Source of the DNA: Phormidesmis sp.
GTDB lineage: Bacteria > Cyanobacteriota > Cyanobacteriia > Leptolyngbyales > Leptolyngbyaceae
DNA length: 64,000 bases
Reading direction: 5' to 3'
Assembly: GCA_965248535.1 (NCBI GenBank)
Contig: CBDFJR010000005.1
Coordinates: forward strand, 128,001-192,000
Shown here: positions 59,387 to 64,000 of the stretch, one piece after another
How positions within the stretch are numbered: the stretch's first letter is position 1
How the letters are laid out: each line of letters starts with the position of its first letter
Notes under the pieces: generated by a model
What the model was told of the DNA's origin: nothing
What the model saw: only the letters and a program-made list of their open reading frames with translations
Databases searched by the model: none
Program-made: the position numbers and the translations under genes

Positions 59387-61552
59387 TTATGTAGCGGTTG
59401 CCTGCTGGGCCATCTCCATAAAGATTTTTTGTGAGCTTTGCTCTGGGCTGCCGTTGAGCGGGCGACGCTGAACATATCGCCCGTCGGGCTGCAAATCCCA
59501 CGCGTGGCGGTTGTCTGCCAGCATGATGCCGAGAATTTCTTCGAGATCTTTGATTAGGTCAGGGTCTGCGATCGGCACCACGGCTTCGACCCGTCGATCG
59601 AGGTTGCGGGGCATCCAGTCAGCACTGCCCATTAAGATTTCTTCTTGACCATTGTTATGGAAGTAAAAAATCCGAGAATGTTCCAGAAATCGCCCCACAA
59701 TGCTGACGACGCGAATATTTTCGCTGATCTCTTTGACACCGGGGCGCAAACAGCAGATGCCCCGCACGATTAGATCGACTGAGACTCCGGCTTGAGAGGC
59801 TTCATAGAGGGCCACGATCAGTCTAGGGTCAACGAGGGCGTTCATTTTGGCTACGATGCGCCCGTGCCCCCCCCCGCGCTGATGATCGATTTCGCGTTGG
59901 ATCAGAGCTAGGAGGCGATCGCGCAAGTTGACTGGAGCCACCACTAATTTTCGATAAGACTGCTGGCGCGAGTGGCCGGTCAAATGGTTAAATAACTCCG
60001 TCAGATCAGCGCCGAGATCTGGATGGCAGCTAAACAGACCCAGATCAGTGTAAAGTCGGGCGGTTTTAGGATTGTAATTTCCGGTGCCGATGTGGACATA
60101 GCGCCGAATTTTCCCCTCTTCGCGACGCACGATTAAGACGAGTTTGGTGTGGGTTTTGAGACCGACTAGCCCATAGACAACGTGGACTCCGGCACTTTCT
60201 AGCTTTCTGGCCCAGAGAATGTTGTTTTCTTCGTCAAATCGGGCTTTGAGTTCGACGAGGGCGGCGACTTGTTTGCCGTTTTCAGCCGCCGCGATCAGCG
60301 CGCTAACGATCGGAGAGTCGCCAGAGGTGCGATAGAGGGTCATCTTGATGGCCAAGACGTTGGGGTCATAGGCTGCCTCGGTGATAAATCGCTGCACACT
60401 TCTAGAAAACGAGTCGTAGGGGTGGTGCACCATCAAGTCTTGTTTGCGAATTACGGCAAAAAAGTCTTCTTCGCTCTCGTCTAGATCTTCGATCGCGGTT
60501 TCATTAACCCGCTTGAGGCGGGGCGGAGTGACCGGACTCCAGGGCGGATCTTTGAGGTCGGGCGCGGGCAGATCTGCTAGCCCAAACATATCTCGCAGAC
60601 AAAGCAATCCTTCGACTTCATAGACATCGTTGGCGGTTAAGCCCATCTCTTGCATGAGCATGATGCGGATGCTTTCGGGCATGGAGGGCTGAAGCTCAAT
60701 GCGAACCACTGAACCCCCAAAGCGGCGTTTTCGCAACTCTTGCTCGATCGCCAGCATCAAGTCTTCGGCTTCGTCTTCTTCAAGGTCTAAATCGGCGTTG
60801 CGGGTGATGCGAAATGGGTAATATTCTTGAATCTTCATGCCCGGAAAGAGCGGATCGAGGTTGTGGGCGATCACTTGCTCTAAAGGCACGCCTGCCCAGA
60901 CCGGAGGACGAGATTTTGGCAACGCGGCGGGTGACCCTTGAGTCTCGATCGGCAACTGAATAAATCGAGGCAACACCTTGGGCACTTTCACCCTGGCAAA
61001 TAATTCTTCGCCCGTGATGCTGTCTTTGACTACTACGGCTAAATTCAGGCTGAGACTTGAGATGTAGGGGAAGGGATGGCTGGGGTCGATCGCCAACGGA
61101 GTCAGCACTGGGAACACCTGCTCGGCAAAATAGGTTTGCAGATGGGCGCGCTGCTCTTGATTGAGGTCAATATAGTCGAGTAGATAAATGCCGTGAGCCG
61201 ATAGCTGAGGGCGCAACGCCTGCTCAAAATGACGATGCTGCTTTTCGACCATTGGGCGCAGCCGCTCGTAGATCATGTCTAGGTGCTCTTGGGGTTGTCG
61301 CCCATCGGCACTGACCTTGCTGACGTTTGCTTCAACTTGTTCTTTGAGGGCTGCGACTCTCACCATGAAATATTCATCCAGGTTAGAGCTATAAATGGCC
61401 ATAAACTTGAGCCGCTCTAGCAAGGGGGTGCGAGGGTCAAACGCCTCGTGCAGCACCCGGTTGTTAAACTCTAGCCAACTCATTTCGCGGCTGAAGTAGT
61501 GTTTTGGATCGTTAAGGTTAATGTCTTCGGGTTCTTTTTTACGGCGGCGCAT
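59387..61552 (-). CDS. ppk1: Polyphosphate kinase 1
   Basis: RE.SWL.FN.RVL, HHPYDSF, ELKARFDE, GTGNYN, RFLEHSR, SADWM.RNL. Confidence 0.97.
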   Translation of the reverse strand: MRRRKKEPEDINLNDPKHYFSREMSWLEFNNRVLHEAFDPRTPLLERLKFMAIYSSNLDEYFMVRVAALKEQVEANVSKVSADGRQPQEHLDMIYERLRPMVEKQHRHFEQALRPQLSAHGIYLLDYIDLNQEQRAHLQTYFAEQVFPVLTPLAIDPSHPFPYISSLSLNLAVVVKDSITGEELFARVKVPKVLPRFIQLPIETQGSPAALPKSRPPVWAGVPLEQVIAHNLDPLFPGMKIQEYYPFRITRNADLDLEEDEAEDLMLAIEQELRKRRFGGSVVRIELQPSMPESIRIMLMQEMGLTANDVYEVEGLLCLRDMFGLADLPAPDLKDPPWSPVTPPRLKRVNETAIEDLDESEEDFFAVIRKQDLMVHHPYDSFSRSVQRFITEAAYDPNVLAIKMTLYRTSGDSPIVSALIAAAENGKQVAALVELKARFDEENNILWARKLESAGVHVVYGLVGLKTHTKLVLIVRREEGKIRRYVHIGTGNYNPKTARLYTDLGLFSCHPDLGADLTELFNHLTGHSRQQSYRKLVVAPVNLRDRLLALIQREIDHQRGGGHGRIVAKMNALVDPRLIVALYEASQAGVSVDLIVRGICCLRPGVKEISENIRVVSIVGRFLEHSRIFYFHNNGQEEILMGSADWMPRNLDRRVEAVVPIADPDLIKDLEEILGIMLADNRHAWDLQPDGRYVQRRPLNGSPEQSSQKIFMEMAQQATAT

Positions 61553-61557
61553 AGGGC

Positions 61558-61764
61558 TTAAAATACCTCGTTTTCAAGACCGACCCACCACTCGCCCAAT
61601 CTCATTAAGTCTTGGTGAAGATCAGACAGGGCTGCCTCATAGTCTTCAGATGAGAGGGTGGTTTGGCGCTCTTTTAATTTGATCAGTCGCAGTTGGGCCA
61701 ATAGCCAGGGTTTTGAGAGTCCATCGGTGGCTTCTATGTAGTGGGCGAGTTCGTTGCTGTCCAT
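61558..61764 (-). CDS. Small conserved cyanobacterial protein
   Basis: 68 aa, KPWLL.QLRL..L.E...LGEWW; directly upstream of ppk1. Confidence 0.7.
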   Translation of the reverse strand: MDSNELAHYIEATDGLSKPWLLAQLRLIKLKERQTTLSSEDYEAALSDLHQDLMRLGEWWVGLENEVF

Positions 61765-61858
61765 AAAAGGCTGGGGACTTGGGATGTTGAATCAGAATTT
61801 TTACACAATTACCCTATCGTACTCGCTGAATTTATGGGTGTTATCTAGCACAAGTTGC

Positions 61859-61889
61859 CAAAAAAACAGCCACGATCGCTTCGTGGCTG
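61859..61889 (-). terminator. Intrinsic terminator after sodB
   Basis: On the minus strand cagccacga-agcga-tcgtggctg followed by a T run. Confidence 0.75.
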
Positions 61890-61937
61890 CCTAACTATCC
61901 GGCTATTTACTTAACCCGGCTATTCTCTTAAGTCTGA

Positions 61938-62537
61938 CTAAGCAGCGAGGTTGTGAGCAACAAAGTCCCAGTTCACCAGCTTGTCTAAGAAGTTGTCGAT
62001 AAACGCGGGGCGCGCATTTTTGAAGTCAATGTAGTAAGCATGTTCCCACACGTCAAGGGTGAGAAGTGCTTTTTGCCCGTGCGCGAGAGGGTTTTCTGCG
62101 TTAGGGGTTTTGACGACTTTGAGGGTGCCGCCATCGTCAACTAGCCAGGCCCAACCGCTGCCAAATTGAGTCGCTGCTGCCGCCTTAAACTCTTCTTTAA
62201 ACTTGTCGTAGCTGCCAAAGTCTTTGGTGATGCGATCGGCAATCTCACCCGTCGGAGCGCCACCGCCACCCGCTTTCAGGCAGTTCCAAAAGAAGCTGTG
62301 GTTCCAAACTTGAGCCGCGTTGTTAAACACCCCAACCTTGGCAGGGTCTTTAAACGAGGTGGTGATGATTTCTTCTAGGGGTTTGCTGTCAAGCTCAGTG
62401 TCTTTGATCAGGTTGTTGAGGTTTGTGACATAGGCAGCGTGGTGCTTGCCGTAGTGATAATCAAACGTTTCTGCCTTCATGCCGTATGGCTCAAGCGCGT
62501 CTTTGGCAAACGGTAAAGGGGGCTGTGTAACTGCCAT
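61938..62537 (-). CDS. sodB: Fe superoxide dismutase
   Basis: HYGKHH, NAAQVWNH (Fe-type), QFGSGWAW, DVWEHAYY. Confidence 0.95.
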   Translation of the reverse strand: MAVTQPPLPFAKDALEPYGMKAETFDYHYGKHHAAYVTNLNNLIKDTELDSKPLEEIITTSFKDPAKVGVFNNAAQVWNHSFFWNCLKAGGGGAPTGEIADRITKDFGSYDKFKEEFKAAAATQFGSGWAWLVDDGGTLKVVKTPNAENPLAHGQKALLTLDVWEHAYYIDFKNARPAFIDNFLDKLVNWDFVAHNLAA

Positions 62538-62682
62538 CGTGTTCTATCCTCTTCTAGTCTGGTTTCAAGATCTGGCGAACAGAAGTCTTTTCGCATTCTA
62601 TCAAGCTGGTTTCTGTCGTCGCTTAGGCTATGAGAGCGACAGAAACATAACTTCATGTTCAACCTTATCGTAAAACGAAGCG

Positions 62683-62810
62683 TTGATACTCCCCCCTCCC
62701 CTTAGGGCAGGGATTCTTTAATAGTCCATAAACGCATCTTAAGCGGCGTTGACCCATCCCTACTGACTTCTTCTAGACCTAGCTCTGAGGTAGACGATGG
62801 GCCGTGTCTA
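62683..62810 (-). mobile_element. Decayed IS200/IS605 (tnpB) right-end remnant
   Basis: Minus strand ends GAATCCCTGCCCTAAGGGGAGGGGGGAGTATCAA (subterminal hairpin plus TCAA); the preceding frame reads ELGLEEVSRDGSTPLKMRLWTIKESLP*, like cyanobacterial TnpB C-termini. Confidence 0.65.
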
Positions 62811-63657
62811 GAGGGTGTTATGCACTTTTAAATCCGATACTCACGAACTGCCTGACCATCAATATTACAAACGCAATCAGGTGAAAGCCAATTAGGGTTT
62901 CTGTGAGCCGCTCGTAATCTCGCGCTAATCGCCGAAACCGCGACATCCAGCCAAAACTGCGCTCAACGACCCAGCGCCGAGGCAGCAACACAAAGCCTTT
63001 CTTTGCCTCCGGCAGTTTCACCACTTCCAGTCGAATGCCTGCTGCCTCAGCATCGGCGGCAGCTTGCGCTCCTGTATAGCCTTGGTCAACAAAGGCGACC
63101 TCAACGGATTCCCCCGTCATCTGCTGCACTTGGTGCATCAGTTCTGCGACCTGCGCTCGGTCTTGCTCGTTCGCAGGCGTGACGTGCAGGGCAAGCAAAT
63201 GTCCTAGCGTGTCCACCGCCATGTGAACCTTGCTCCCTTTTTTGCGTTTCCCGCCATCGTAGCCCGCTCGATGTCCACTTTCCACCGTCGATTGCAAGGT
63301 GCGACTGTCTAGAATCACCGCACTCGGTTGCTCGTTGCGTCCCGCTAAAATTCGCAGGATCTCGCGCAAATCCTGCACCATCGTTTCAAAGACTCCAGCT
63401 TTGAGCCACCGTTGCGTTTGTTGGTAGACCGTATGCCACGGCGGTAAGTCATGCGGCATCAGTCGCCAAGCTTCTCCCGCTCGCACCACGTACCGTAAGC
63501 CATTGAACACTTCACGCAGGCTGTGGTCTCGTTGAGGAGCATTTTCCGTCATTAACGTTAAATATGGAGCGACAAATGCCCATTCTTCGTCGCTCACGTC
63601 TGTTGGGTAAGGCTTTCTACTCATGCTCCCAGTTTAACAAAAGTGCATAACACCCTC
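62811..63657 (-). mobile_element. IS5-family insertion sequence
   Basis: Perfect terminal inverted repeats GAGGGTGTTATGCACTTTT (62811-62829 and 63639-63657); flanked by TA within a CTAG target. Confidence 0.93.
62818..63624 (-). CDS. IS5 family transposase
   Basis: YPTDVSDEEW, W..P.DLPPW, ILDS, VDQGY, RWVVERSFGW DDE motifs. Confidence 0.93.
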   Translation of the reverse strand: MSRKPYPTDVSDEEWAFVAPYLTLMTENAPQRDHSLREVFNGLRYVVRAGEAWRLMPHDLPPWHTVYQQTQRWLKAGVFETMVQDLREILRILAGRNEQPSAVILDSRTLQSTVESGHRAGYDGGKRKKGSKVHMAVDTLGHLLALHVTPANEQDRAQVAELMHQVQQMTGESVEVAFVDQGYTGAQAAADAEAAGIRLEVVKLPEAKKGFVLLPRRWVVERSFGWMSRFRRLARDYERLTETLIGFHLIAFVILMVRQFVSIGFKSA

Positions 63658-63837
63658 TAGGCTGAGGCTGAAATTTGCCCAACTTGCGAGAGTCTAGTTG
63701 CTTGATGCAAGGGTAAGGAGTCTTTTCACACAATGCTATTCACACAATCAGGGTCGCTCGCGATCGGAGTTTTACCGCTTCTTCATCTTTCTGTGGGAAC
63801 CCTTTGTTAAGCTGTAGTCGCTGTCAGACCCCCGACG

Positions 63838-64000
63838 ATGCACAGACTTCTCACTGGCTCACTCACCGTTGATCGATTGACCCTAGCGATCGTAGACTTG
63901 CCTGCCGCGCTGGATGGCACCACGATCGTGCAGCTTTCTGACTTGCACTATGACGGCAAGCGATTGTCTGAGGCGCTGTTGAGACAAGTCATCAAGGTCA
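63838..64000 (+). CDS. Metallophosphoesterase (partial, runs off the window end)
   Basis: MHRLLTGSLTV...IVQLSDLHYDG; not in the ORF track because it is truncated. Confidence 0.8.
   Translation, partial: MHRLLTGSLTVDRLTLAIVDLPAALDGTTIVQLSDLHYDGKRLSEALLRQVIKV

Noticed and set aside
61898..61932. Short imperfect tandem duplication (ccggctatt...cttaa) after sodB
   Set aside because: Only two degenerate copies; no evidence of function.
510..62673. Numerous 60-160 aa alternative-frame and antisense ORFs in the track
   Set aside because: They overlap well-supported genes and show no recognisable motifs.
1..64000. Very frequent GCGATCGC octamers
   Set aside because: This is the known cyanobacterial HIP1 repeat; used only as a marker of native versus foreign DNA.

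Overview
This window is chromosomal DNA from a cyanobacterium, probably a filamentous Leptolyngbya-like one. The basis is very frequent HIP1 octamers (GCGATCGC), ndhA-I-G-E, ycf37 and an SLH-domain porin. Most of it is housekeeping: rsmI, cysQ, rpmI-rplT, rimP-nusA-ylxR-infB, ilvC, bamA-lpxC-fabZ-lpxA-lpxB, purC, codA, gltA, ndhAIGE, a sigma-70 factor, ppk1 and sodB. The strongest candidate for an undescribed system is an AT-rich, HIP1-poor, overlapping three-gene operon at 36471-40241 (minus strand). It encodes a MORC/GHKL ATPase fused to an intact histidine kinase, a receiver-domain protein with an unknown beta-rich C-terminal domain, and a ComEC-type metallo-beta-lactamase nuclease with a Cys-rich tail. 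I infer a possible phosphorelay-controlled nuclease (defence) system, with no methyltransferase nearby. Other points: an intact IS5 element nested inside a decayed IS200/IS605 (tnpB) right-end remnant upstream of sodB; a divergent FecR-domain/outer-membrane-barrel pair with a tandem-repeat Pro/Thr/Val tail; a secreted EndoU nuclease; a two-NupC/GT2/DUF2079/GT87 cluster; a frameshifted gene next to a Uma2 remnant; and a stand-alone aldolase resembling a plant multidomain enzyme. I saw no tRNA, rRNA or CRISPR array. All family calls come from motif recognition by eye; no searches were run.
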